From IMG/VR virus record IMGVR_UViG_3300008266_000002: DNA of 64,000 nucleotides. The stretch is one strand, 5' to 3'. Position 1 is the stretch's first letter; each line of letters begins with the position of its first letter. Shown here piece by piece: positions 47,844 to 56,570 of this stretch. The notes beneath the pieces are model-generated. The model had not been told where the DNA came from, searched no databases, and saw nothing but the letters and a program-made list of their open reading frames with translations. The position numbers and the translations under genes were made by a program. The stretch is from a virus.

Positions 47844-48120
47844 CTATGCCCCTATAGTGTAACAATAGCCCATAGTATATACGATAGTACTCAGTATAGT
47901 ATACAGTATAGTAGACGGGGTAATTGGGGTAGATATAAGATAGACACTTTTATAGCAGGTTACTTAGGTCGTATAAAATAGACATTATGTGGGGAGGTCC
48001 GGAAATGTCTATCTTAGAAAATTCGCGTTTTGATACACAAACACATCGAGACGCGAAATTTTTTTTGTATAGGAATCAACACTTTTTGTCGATCGTCTAC
48101 CCCCCGCTATCCACACAATC
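47844..48120. repeat. Non-coding boundary module 1
   Basis: cagtatagta repeats (47892, 47904, also 47327); CGCG hairpin 48022-48057; AA-T8-G-TATAGG-A-ATC-A-ACACTT 48057-48084; C-run. Confidence 0.6.
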
Positions 48121-48144
48121 AATACAAAAAATATTATAAAACCG

Positions 48145-48183
48145 TTGCCTACCCGGATCAAAGGCCGGACCTTTAGGTATAAT
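48145..48183 (+). promoter_or_regulatory. Strong early-type promoter
   Basis: aaccgTTG-N20-GACCTTTA-gg-TATAAT. Confidence 0.78.
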
Positions 48184-48199
48184 CAAAAATGAAACAGTT

Positions 48200-48451
48200 A
48201 TGAATATTAGAACATTTGATCGCCAAGCCCTAATGAGTGACAATACTAGAGAAGAGATCCTTGATATTATTTTTGAATTACAGATCCTTGACAACTGTAG
48301 ACCTAATGCCTTGATCAATATGATGTACGGGTTGTTTGATGGGTTTGACTATAGTGAGATGATTAGTAATCATTCCATCCTCGATGAGTTAGAAAGTGAG
48401 TTGGTTGATAGGATTGTTACTGTTGCTGAGACTATCCAAAAATATTTTTAA
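48200..48451 (+). CDS. Hypothetical early protein
   Basis: Single-gene unit behind promoter. Confidence 0.65.
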   Translation: MNIRTFDRQALMSDNTREEILDIIFELQILDNCRPNALINMMYGLFDGFDYSEMISNHSILDELESELVDRIVTVAETIQKYF

Positions 48452-48469
48452 AATAATTTTCCCAAACTG

Positions 48470-48507
48470 TTGCCTAGTGTTTAAAAAGGCGGATCTTTAG
48501 ATATAAC
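48470..48507 (+). promoter_or_regulatory. Strong early-type promoter
   Basis: aactgTTG-N19-GATCTTTA-ga-TATAAC. Confidence 0.75.
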
Positions 48508-48525
48508 AATTAAACAACATAAATT

Positions 48526-48741
48526 ATGAAAAACATTGAAGTAGGTTCCATCGTTAGATATGAAAATGGTTATTACAGAGTAAGTGCCGATAAAGGGTAC
48601 GGTGACAAGAGATGGGTTAACTTGAAGGCTGTATTTGGTAGTAAGATATACCACAAACAAGTTCCTGCCAGCCAGGTAGTTGAAGCTCAAGAAGAATGGT
48701 ATGCTAGTTGGACTAGATCAGAGTCTTACATGTGCATGTAA
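48526..48741 (+). CDS. Hypothetical early protein
   Basis: Single-gene unit behind promoter. Confidence 0.65.
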   Translation: MKNIEVGSIVRYENGYYRVSADKGYGDKRWVNLKAVFGSKIYHKQVPASQVVEAQEEWYASWTRSESYMCM

Positions 48742-48770
48742 AAATAATTTAAAAAAAATCCGGTTAACTG

Positions 48771-48809
48771 TTGCCAGTCTGGATAATGTACCCGATCTTT
48801 AGATATAAT
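48771..48809 (+). promoter_or_regulatory. Strong early-type promoter
   Basis: aactgTTG-N20-GATCTTTA-ga-TATAAT. Confidence 0.78.
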
Positions 48810-48829
48810 CAATTAAAAACGATAACATC

Positions 48830-49030
48830 ATGAAACAGTTAGTTAATAAAGCCCAGAAAGTATTTGATCAGTGTATTATGAATCTAAGACTGCAGGGTAA
48901 AAGTCACAAAGAAGCTCAGGACACTGTACTAGTGATTGTTAGTGAGTTCAAGAAGCCTAACATGTCTAAAGAGGACCTTGTTGATATGATCCTTACCCTT
49001 GAGATGACTTTCCTCGGAAAAAAGTTTTAA
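48830..49030 (+). CDS. Hypothetical early protein
   Basis: Single-gene unit behind promoter. Confidence 0.6.
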   Translation: MKQLVNKAQKVFDQCIMNLRLQGKSHKEAQDTVLVIVSEFKKPNMSKEDLVDMILTLEMTFLGKKF

Positions 49031-49049
49031 AAAAAAATCCGGTTAACTG

Positions 49050-49110
49050 TTGCCTACCGGTAAAAAAGGGTGATCTTTAAGTATAGGAAAAAAGGAAACG
49101 AGTTCTTTAA
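49050..49110 (+). promoter_or_regulatory. Early-type promoter plus boxA-like element
   Basis: TTG-N19-GATCTTTA; agttctttaa (49101-49110) just upstream of the tRNA-like gene. Confidence 0.6.
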
Positions 49111-49116
49111 TAATAC

Positions 49117-49186
49117 AGTCAGGTGGTGTAATTGGTAACATAGGTCTTAATTGGCTTGGATGCAGGTTCGAATCCTGTCCTGACTA
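49117..49186 (+). ncRNA. tRNA-like element with defective anticodon arm (70 nt)
   Basis: Acceptor agtcagg/cctgact, T-arm gcaggttcgaatcctgt; weak aggtc/ggctt stem closes a 6-nt loop (ttaatt). Confidence 0.75.
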
Positions 49187-49227
49187 CAAAATTAACAATA
49201 TTCACACACACAATAAAATTTAAGTCT

Positions 49228-50388
49228 ATGTCAAACGTTATTATTGCTAAAGTACAAATGGGCGCTAATGCCAAAGGTGGTCAATCTGTTAGAGCTTATG
49301 AAGCTGTTACTGGAATGGACATCACAAAAGAGATAGTTTATGCCACTTTGAAGAACGCCTACGATGCTGGTAATTGGTTAGAAAACTCTGCTGGTAAGTG
49401 GAAGCAAGTAAGTATTGCTGATGCAGAGCGCTTCTTGAAAGACCTTGAGAATCCCGTCAAATCTTCCGTCTCACAAGAGAAAAATGAAATGGCGATGTTT
49501 CTATCCACTTGCTCTGAGAAACGCCCAGAGAGCTTATTCTGTGAAGATTTAACTTGGAAATTCTTATGCCGCTCAGTGATGAGAGGTAAGAACATATTGC
49601 TTACAGGTCCTACTGGTTGTGGTAAATCACAGACTGCCATTGCGGTAGCAAAGGCCTTAGATAAACCCTTCTTCTATGTTAACTTGGGTGCTACTCAGGA
49701 TCCAAGAGGTACTCTAATTGGTAATACTCACTTCAGTAAAGATGCTGGTACTTACTTCAACGAGTCTGCCTTTGTTAAGGCAATACAAACCCCTGACACT
49801 GTGATACTTCTAGACGAGGTGTCAAGAGCACATCCAGAGGCTTGGAACATTCTTATGACAGTACTTGATCCAGGTCAAAGATACTTGAGATTAGATGAGG
49901 CTGTTAACACTCCTACAGTAAAGGTAGCAGAAGGTGTAAGCTTCATTGGTACTGCAAACATCGGTAACGAGTATACTGCAGTAAGAGTAATGGACAGAGC
50001 GTTACTTGATAGGTTTGTAATCGCAGAGATTCCTTACTTGACTATCGCTCAAGAGACCCAGTTAATCAGTCAGTTATACCCTACCTTGGATGTCACTCTT
50101 GCTAAGAATCTTGCAGAGATTGCTACTCTTACTAGAGCTGAGGTGAAGTCTGACAGTGCTAGAATACAGACTCCAATCTCCACAAGATCGATAGTAGAGA
50201 TGGCTGGTTTGATTAACGATGGCTTCTCCCTTACAGAATGTGCCGAGGTTAGTATCTACCCACTATACTCTCAGGATGGTGGTCTACAATCAGAAAGGAC
50301 CTTTGTAAAGCAATTGGTACAGAAGTTTGTTCCAGATGGAACTAGTGATAGCTTGATGGGTGATGAGAGTGTTGAGAATCCTTTCTAA
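49228..50388 (+). CDS. MoxR/CbbQ-family AAA+ ATPase
   Basis: Walker A GPTGCGKS, Walker B ILLDEVSR, FIGTAN.G..Y, ALLDRF, ISTR; start MSNV downstream of the tRNA-like element. Confidence 0.93.
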   Translation: MSNVIIAKVQMGANAKGGQSVRAYEAVTGMDITKEIVYATLKNAYDAGNWLENSAGKWKQVSIADAERFLKDLENPVKSSVSQEKNEMAMFLSTCSEKRPESLFCEDLTWKFLCRSVMRGKNILLTGPTGCGKSQTAIAVAKALDKPFFYVNLGATQDPRGTLIGNTHFSKDAGTYFNESAFVKAIQTPDTVILLDEVSRAHPEAWNILMTVLDPGQRYLRLDEAVNTPTVKVAEGVSFIGTANIGNEYTAVRVMDRALLDRFVIAEIPYLTIAQETQLISQLYPTLDVTLAKNLAEIATLTRAEVKSDSARIQTPISTRSIVEMAGLINDGFSLTECAEVSIYPLYSQDGGLQSERTFVKQLVQKFVPDGTSDSLMGDESVENPF

Positions 50389-50414
50389 TTGATAACCAAT
50401 AAAGTATACAGCAT

Positions 50415-50711
50415 ATGAAACAGACTATAGATAAAGAATTCCTCAAGGTGAAGCGTTTTGTACAGAAGCGCTTCCCAGGAGCGAGAACGGTAGCCAAGCC
50501 AAGTGGAGACACAATGTACTATCAGGTAGTGGATGGCAATGGGTACGCAGTAGTGGATCCCGCATTATTGATCCCACCAGCTACAACGGTCAAACAGGCA
50601 TGGACCAATGCGAAGTATAGTGCATGGTTCTCTAACATGATCCACAAGTCCAACATAGCATTTAGCGACGAGAAAATCATCAAGAAGCTTGCTCGCGAAT
50701 CCGGAGAATAG
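50415..50711 (+). CDS. Hypothetical protein
   Basis: 98 aa ORF between ATPase and VWA genes. Confidence 0.6.
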   Translation: MKQTIDKEFLKVKRFVQKRFPGARTVAKPSGDTMYYQVVDGNGYAVVDPALLIPPATTVKQAWTNAKYSAWFSNMIHKSNIAFSDEKIIKKLARESGE

Positions 50712-50744
50712 TGAAAAATTTTTTTAAAAAAAATCGATAAACTG

Positions 50745-50782
50745 TTGTCTATTGTTTAGAAAGGGTGATCTTTAGGTATAAT
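50745..50782 (+). promoter_or_regulatory. Strong early-type promoter
   Basis: TTG-N19-GATCTTTA-gg-TATAAT; near-identical to 56224. Confidence 0.78.
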
Positions 50783-50796
50783 CAATTATCACACAC

Positions 50797-52965
50797 ATGA
50801 AAGCTAACAAATCAATCTTCACAAGAAAAACCGCCATCTCGGGGTTCAATACTAAGAAAAACTACTCTTCCTTTTGGATGGATGACGATAGTGATATCAC
50901 CAGTAGATACGGTGGTCTTAGTTCTGAGGTAAGAAGTAGTAGTGACCTATTCAAAGTTATCAAGCTTAACAACTATCGTAGAGCGATAACCAACTTCGTG
51001 AAGATCGTTACTAACATGGATATTCCAGTTACTTGGTTCAGTGGTGGTTCTTATACCGATAGCAAGAGTATCAACCTAACCTCTGACATTAAAGACAACA
51101 ACTTTGACGTGACTGTCGGTCTTGCACTTCACGAAGCTTCTCACATCAAACTTACTGATTTCGGGATACTTCAGGACTTGTATGCAAACGATATTGCAAT
51201 AGTAAATGACCTCGAATCTAAACACCAACGCATGTGTAAGGAGTTAGTTAAGGAGATGCTTAACTGGGTTGAGGACAGACGTATTGACCACTACATCTTC
51301 AGTACTTCTCCTGGATACAAAGCTTACTATCACAAGTTGTATGACTACTACTGGAATGATAAGAATGTTAACAAAGGTTTCAAGAGTACTCAGTTTAATG
51401 ATCCTACCAGTATCCAGAGCTATGAGTTCCACATCATTAACATGTTGAACCCATTATTCGATAGCAAAGCACTTCCAGGTCTAGAAGAGATTACAAAGCT
51501 TATTAACGTAAGAAACATTAGCAGACTAAAGAGTACTTCCGAAGCTCTAGAGGTTGCAGTAGGAGTAGTTGACATTATCTTAACTAACGTTGCCTCTGCC
51601 AAAGCCGAAGGTACAATGGCTCAGGAAGGTGAGAGTGAAGAGTCACAGGAATCACAAGAGCAGGGAGAAGGAGAAGGTCAAGGTGGTAGTGGTGAAGGAG
51701 CAGAGCAAAAGGAAGGTGCAGGTGAGGGTCAAGAGCAAGAGAACACTGAGCTAAGTGATAAGGAGATGAGAGAAGTACAAAAGGCTCTTGATAAAATGAG
51801 AGACTTCTTGAATGGCAAGACTGACAAGAAACGTACTACTAAAGGGCTACAAAAGCAACTAGACAGCACAGCTAACGAGAACATGCAGATACAAGCAGTA
51901 GGTGGTAGTGATGGAGTCAAGAGTATGTCAAGCATCATGATGGATGGTATAACTGGTTCATTATCACAGCTGTTAGCTAACAGTGAGGTATTGAAGGAGT
52001 TAAGAGATGAGAGATACAAACTTCCATACGGTGAGGGACTAAAGAGAGCAGAATTGAACAAGGAGATTGAAAGACTAAGCGAAGCTGTGGAAACCCATGC
52101 AATGAATAGATATTTCCAGGCAAGTACATGGACCAGTAAAGAAACTAAAGAGGCAGTACAGAAGGGACTTGAGATGGGAGCTTTACTTGGTAAGAAGCTA
52201 CAACTACACAACGAAAGTAGAGAGAAGGTAGACAACAGACTTAGAAGTGGCAAAATCGATAACAGACGTCTTGCACATGCAGGTTATGGTATCGAGAGTG
52301 TGTTCCAACAAATCACTATCGATAAGTACAAGAAAGCTAACCTACACATCTCTTTGGATGGTAGTGGTAGTATGAATGGAAGATGTTGGAACTCAGCAGC
52401 ACAAATGACAGCAGCAATCGGTAAGGCAATCAGCTACACCCAGAACATAGAACTACAGGTATCAATCAGAGCAACGGATACAGCAGGTAACGGTGACATA
52501 CCAGTAGTAATCAACATCTATGACTCTCGCAAGAACAACCTTAATCACTTAGTGAAAGCACTTACTAACTACCATTGTGGCTCTAACACTCCAGAAGGAT
52601 TATGCTTCGAAGCAATGCACAAGCAACACCAAATCCTCTCTGGGACTAGTGACATGGATTCCTACTTCTTAAACATTAGTGATGGAATGCCAGGTATGGG
52701 TAACTACGGAGGATACGAAGCAGTAAGACATACAGCTAAGTGGGTTAACAAAATCAAGGCAGACCTTAATGTAAAGGTGCTAAGCTTCTTCTTAGATGAT
52801 AGCTATGGTAGTGAAGATATGGCACAGATGATTAAGAGATTTAACGGCGCATATGGAGCTGGGAACTCATTCAGACAAATGTACGGAAAGGATGCAGCAG
52901 CAGTTAATCCAAGCTCAGTGCTAGACATCGCAAGAGAACTTAACAAGAAGTTCATGAGCAAATAA
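50797..52965 (+). CDS. VWA-domain partner of MoxR ATPase (CobT-like), N-terminal HExxH and acidic linker
   Basis: LALHEASH...EDRRI; E/G/Q-rich linker; SG.ID..RL; MIDAS LDGSGS, TPEG, ISDGMP. Confidence 0.9.
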   Translation: MKANKSIFTRKTAISGFNTKKNYSSFWMDDDSDITSRYGGLSSEVRSSSDLFKVIKLNNYRRAITNFVKIVTNMDIPVTWFSGGSYTDSKSINLTSDIKDNNFDVTVGLALHEASHIKLTDFGILQDLYANDIAIVNDLESKHQRMCKELVKEMLNWVEDRRIDHYIFSTSPGYKAYYHKLYDYYWNDKNVNKGFKSTQFNDPTSIQSYEFHIINMLNPLFDSKALPGLEEITKLINVRNISRLKSTSEALEVAVGVVDIILTNVASAKAEGTMAQEGESEESQESQEQGEGEGQGGSGEGAEQKEGAGEGQEQENTELSDKEMREVQKALDKMRDFLNGKTDKKRTTKGLQKQLDSTANENMQIQAVGGSDGVKSMSSIMMDGITGSLSQLLANSEVLKELRDERYKLPYGEGLKRAELNKEIERLSEAVETHAMNRYFQASTWTSKETKEAVQKGLEMGALLGKKLQLHNESREKVDNRLRSGKIDNRRLAHAGYGIESVFQQITIDKYKKANLHISLDGSGSMNGRCWNSAAQMTAAIGKAISYTQNIELQVSIRATDTAGNGDIPVVINIYDSRKNNLNHLVKALTNYHCGSNTPEGLCFEAMHKQHQILSGTSDMDSYFLNISDGMPGMGNYGGYEAVRHTAKWVNKIKADLNVKVLSFFLDDSYGSEDMAQMIKRFNGAYGAGNSFRQMYGKDAAAVNPSSVLDIARELNKKFMSK

Positions 52966-52969
52966 TAAC

Positions 52970-53335
52970 CAATCATATAGGGGGCCTACCTAAAGTGTGT
53001 GTGATAGGGGTAGGCATACATTAGGGGTGCCATAGGGTACCCCTCCCCATATAGTAACCCGTATATACGCAGGGGATCCCTCCCATGTTTTTAGCGTTAA
53101 AACCGGTGTTTTTAGGGGGGGTATAGGGTGCGATAATTACGTGAAAACCGAGAAGGGAAGGTCGATATGCCGCCAGCTAAACGCGTATATATTGCGCGCA
53201 TAATTTTTTTTCCTATAGGCGATCGACACTTGGGGTACACTGCGTGTAAGTGTATATCCTCCCCCCTATGATGCCTATTACCCCCTACTATCCCCCCACT
53301 ACACCTACTACCCCCCCTATTACCCCCTTTCTACT
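52970..53335. repeat. Non-coding boundary module 2 (GC-rich; G-runs switching to C-runs)
   Basis: Hairpins from 52984; AA-T8-CC-TATAGG-CG-ATC-G-ACACTT at 53202-53231 matches 48057-48084; C5-C7 runs 53261-53327. Confidence 0.65.
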
Positions 53336-53390
53336 TGACAACTGACAACGCAACAAGGGACTATTTATAAGGGCAATACACACAGTAAAA

Positions 53391-54203
53391 ATGAAAACAC
53401 TAAAACGCATATTACAAGAATTAGACTACGGGAACACATTGTTTGGGGATCCAAATCCGGAAATCAGTCTTGATATCAACACACCAGCATATACTGACTA
53501 TCTCAAGAGTATTGGGGTAGATGCGGAAGAAAACACACCGGAAGAAAACAAGATCTTTGATGAACTTGCAAGTTATTTACGTTATCCAAAATCATCGCGA
53601 CACTCACAGACTGAACTCGTTAAGTATCTTAAACAATTGTTACCGCTGAAAAGCAAGTTTCCGTTAATACTTGATCCATTACAGGACCGTGAGGTAAACA
53701 ATGATGGCTATGTGTACAGAGGGGCTACAGTAGACACTAAGGATCTTATAGCTCTTGTGAAAGCAGCGAAACTAGATTGGTCTAGTCAAGATACAAGTGA
53801 TTTTGCTAGTATCAATGTGAATGGGAAAACAGTGAGTAGCAGCTCAACAAGAGGCTTTTTATCTTTTACATTCAAAAGACGTATAGCTGAGACATTTGCA
53901 ACTAATACAGAGAAAAGTCAATTATCAAGTAGCGATTTAGCTCGTAGATATCCAGTAGTCCTGCAGTGCAGTATAAACAACCTGAGTGACAAGTTAATAC
54001 TCACTCCATCCCTATTAAATGCCATACAATACATAGAGAATGAAACTCTATATCTAGACACACAAATCCCATGTGACAAAATACTAATCGCACCTCCAAT
54101 GGCGTTTGATAACTTAGGCTCGCCAAGTGATCTTGAGGACAAGTTTGAAGATGATTTACCACCAATATTATGGGATTTTCTTCGAGCAACTAACTATGTA
54201 TAA
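53391..54203 (+). CDS. Putative R-S-E ADP-ribosyltransferase-fold protein with shared leader
   Basis: Leader MKTLKRILQE; VYRG...FLSFT....AE.FA...ENE; TATTTATA at 53362. Confidence 0.6.
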   Translation: MKTLKRILQELDYGNTLFGDPNPEISLDINTPAYTDYLKSIGVDAEENTPEENKIFDELASYLRYPKSSRHSQTELVKYLKQLLPLKSKFPLILDPLQDREVNNDGYVYRGATVDTKDLIALVKAAKLDWSSQDTSDFASINVNGKTVSSSSTRGFLSFTFKRRIAETFATNTEKSQLSSSDLARRYPVVLQCSINNLSDKLILTPSLLNAIQYIENETLYLDTQIPCDKILIAPPMAFDNLGSPSDLEDKFEDDLPPILWDFLRATNYV

Positions 54204-54218
54204 TAAACACAAATCATA

Positions 54219-54575
54219 ATGAAACTATCACAATTCAAACAAATTATTAGAGAAGAAATCCGTAAGGCTATTAACGAAGCAGGCGGACTAATGGGAACGC
54301 TAGGTGGTGAAACTCCAATGCAAGATTTCGAAATGAGAAAGAAGGTTGTTGAGCCAACACTCGGACCTAACTACAATGCTTACATCATGTTTAAAGATCC
54401 GGAGTACAACCAAATGAAAGCTAAATATCCATACACCGTAACGGAAAAATGGAAACCTCTTTATCGTTCTAGCAACTATCAAGGATACGCTAGCGTGTCT
54501 CCCGATGGCAAAGTGATCCGTGCTGCCATACTAGACAAAGGTGGTATAGTTGGCGCCTTTTATATTAAAAAATAA
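54219..54575 (+). CDS. Hypothetical protein with shared leader (MKLSQFKQIIREEIRKAINE)
   Basis: Leader motif. Confidence 0.65.
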   Translation: MKLSQFKQIIREEIRKAINEAGGLMGTLGGETPMQDFEMRKKVVEPTLGPNYNAYIMFKDPEYNQMKAKYPYTVTEKWKPLYRSSNYQGYASVSPDGKVIRAAILDKGGIVGAFYIKK

Positions 54576-54587
54576 AAAACAAACACT

Positions 54588-55019
54588 ATGAAACTAACGC
54601 AACTAAAAAAGATTATAAAAGAGGAGATCAAAAAAGTATTATCTGAGACAGTAGATAATATGCCACAATTAATTAAAGAGATGCCATATACTATAACAAG
54701 CGAAGGGATGTTTATGGCCGCCTATTTTGGTGAAAATGCCCTACGTTATAGATCAAGGGAATATCCAAATATTAATGATGGTGATGAGGTATTAGAAATG
54801 CATATCGATATTCAACCTAAGGATCAAGGAAAAGGTCTAGCTGAAAAAATGATCAAGGTATTTTTATATAAAGAAGGTGGTGTTGCTTTTTTTAACCATA
54901 ATCGCATAACTAATCCCGCCGTATATAAGGTGTTTGATAAAATTGCAACAGACCCTAAATGGTTAGTGCAAGAAGAAGAAGATGGATCACCAGCTGGAAT
55001 AACAATACAAGAAAAATAA
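54588..55019 (+). CDS. GNAT-like protein with shared leader (MKLTQLKKIIKEEIKKVLSE)
   Basis: HIDIQPKDQGKGLA acetyl-CoA binding motif A. Confidence 0.65.
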   Translation: MKLTQLKKIIKEEIKKVLSETVDNMPQLIKEMPYTITSEGMFMAAYFGENALRYRSREYPNINDGDEVLEMHIDIQPKDQGKGLAEKMIKVFLYKEGGVAFFNHNRITNPAVYKVFDKIATDPKWLVQEEEDGSPAGITIQEK

Positions 55020-55033
55020 AAACAACAAACACT

Positions 55034-55165
55034 ATGAAACAAGTTATCGCAATCGTATTAGTCGCTGCATTACTAACTGCATGCAAAACGGCACAACCAT
55101 GTCCTTCTTTCAAGGACCAAGCTGACAAATGCCATACATCACAAAAACCTAAATGTTGCAAGTAA
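55034..55165 (+). CDS. Small lipoprotein
   Basis: MKQVIAIVLVAALLTAC lipobox. Confidence 0.6.
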   Translation: MKQVIAIVLVAALLTACKTAQPCPSFKDQADKCHTSQKPKCCK

Positions 55166-55169
55166 CCAT

Positions 55170-55658
55170 ATGAACCTACTACCATTACTTGAAGACTTAC
55201 GTGCCTGGTTTGGATCGGGTGGTAAAGGAGGTGTAGGTGGTGGTGGATGGGATCGCTACAATACTAGTGGAGATCGAGTTGGCAAATGTGGGGATGCTAA
55301 AGAGGGTGATCCATACTCCGCTTGTTTAAGTAAGGAAAAAGCTCGTAAGTTAGGCAAAGCTGGTAGAGCTGCATTTGTGAAAAGAAAAAGAGCAGCTCAA
55401 AACAAAGGTGGCGATGCCAAAAAAGGTGGAGAACGTACCAAAGGTCAAAAACCAATCAAAGTGTCAACTGGCACTAGTGAATCCACATTATTACGCATCA
55501 ACATGCTACTTGAAAAAAACACCCCAACTGATCCACAAAAATGGTCATATTACAAATCACAAGCTAAAAAGAAATTTGATGTGTATCCAAGTGCATATGC
55601 AAATGCATGGGCAGCCAAAAAGTATAAAGCAGCTGGTGGTGGTTGGAGAAAAAATTAA
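55170..55658 (+). CDS. Conserved basic phage protein (two modules, each preceded by LLE)
   Basis: LLEDLRAWF...KCG...ACL; LLEKN.PT.P..W....AK.KFDVYPSAYANAWA.K.YK..GG.W. Confidence 0.7.
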   Translation: MNLLPLLEDLRAWFGSGGKGGVGGGGWDRYNTSGDRVGKCGDAKEGDPYSACLSKEKARKLGKAGRAAFVKRKRAAQNKGGDAKKGGERTKGQKPIKVSTGTSESTLLRINMLLEKNTPTDPQKWSYYKSQAKKKFDVYPSAYANAWAAKKYKAAGGGWRKN

Positions 55659-55680
55659 TATTTATTAGCAAAATCATCAC

Positions 55681-55926
55681 ATGAAACTATCAAGAATTAG
55701 ACTACAAGAAATCGCTGGCTTAGAGCCGGATAACATTGAGGAAACACGTGCTTTCACTCTTCATGAATTAGAGCAAGATGCAATGGAATTGCTCGCAAAA
55801 ATAGGTATGAAAAACCCAACAAACGACCAATTGAAATCCGTAGTGCAAATGATAGCTGACCTCATTAAAAAGAGCAATGCTGGTGTAATGTTAGCACCGA
55901 GTGTACAATTTGAATCACGTGACTAA
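55681..55926 (+). CDS. Hypothetical protein with leader (RLQEIAGL)
   Basis: Preceded by TATTTAT at 55659. Confidence 0.6.
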   Translation: MKLSRIRLQEIAGLEPDNIEETRAFTLHELEQDAMELLAKIGMKNPTNDQLKSVVQMIADLIKKSNAGVMLAPSVQFESRD

Positions 55927-56095
55927 ACTCATGGACATATTGCAAGGCTATATTAAAGTTAAACACTTTGATCGTGCAAAGTATTATGAAAAACACATAC
56001 GCAATTTGCTACCATCATCATTCACAATTACACGCAAAGATAACAAAATCATCATAACAGTCAAGTAATAATACCCCAACCCCCTGTCAACAATG

Positions 56096-56119
56096 AACCC
56101 GCTTTATGCGGGTTTTTTT
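56096..56119 (+). terminator. Intrinsic terminator
   Basis: aacccgc/gcgggtt stem plus T-tract. Confidence 0.85.
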
Positions 56120-56223
56120 GGTTTGCTTTGTTATTAAAAATGCTAAGCTGTGAGTTAAAAAATGTTAAGATTGGGGAGGAGGCTCGCGCCGAAAAAAAAA
56201 TTTAAAAATAATCGTGTAAACTG

Positions 56224-56261
56224 TTGTCTATTGTTTAGAAAGGGGGATCTTTAAATATAAT
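56224..56261 (+). promoter_or_regulatory. Strong early-type promoter
   Basis: TTG-N19-GATCTTTA-aa-TATAAT. Confidence 0.75.
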
Positions 56262-56281
56262 TAAAAGATAACGATAATCAT

Positions 56282-56485
56282 ATGAAAACTAACAAATTCA
56301 ACTACAACAAATCAAGTCACTACGATTTCAAATCCAAAGAATTAGAGTTTGAATTAGGGCATGAAACTAAGGTAAAATCTTCTGACCCTGTTTTGCGTTT
56401 TGGTAAATATCAAGGACAGAGATTGTCTGAAACTCCAATGTCTTATCGTATTTGGTTAAAGTCACAATCTTGGTGGAAAGGATAA
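56282..56485 (+). CDS. DUF3820-like small protein
   Basis: LRFGKYQG..L...P.SY..WL. Confidence 0.65.
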   Translation: MKTNKFNYNKSSHYDFKSKELEFELGHETKVKSSDPVLRFGKYQGQRLSETPMSYRIWLKSQSWWKG

Positions 56486-56504
56486 AAAAAAATTGCACAA
56501 ACCG

Positions 56505-56543
56505 TTGCCTCAACGGTAAAAAAGGAGGACCTTTAGATATAAT
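56505..56543 (+). promoter_or_regulatory. Strong early-type promoter
   Basis: aaccgTTG-N20-GACCTTTA-ga-TATAAT. Confidence 0.75.
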
Positions 56544-56570
56544 TAAAAAACACTTTAAAATTTATCACAC

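Noticed and set aside
47766-47981. 71-aa ORF in the track
   Set aside because: Runs through a terminator and low-complexity repeats; probably non-coding
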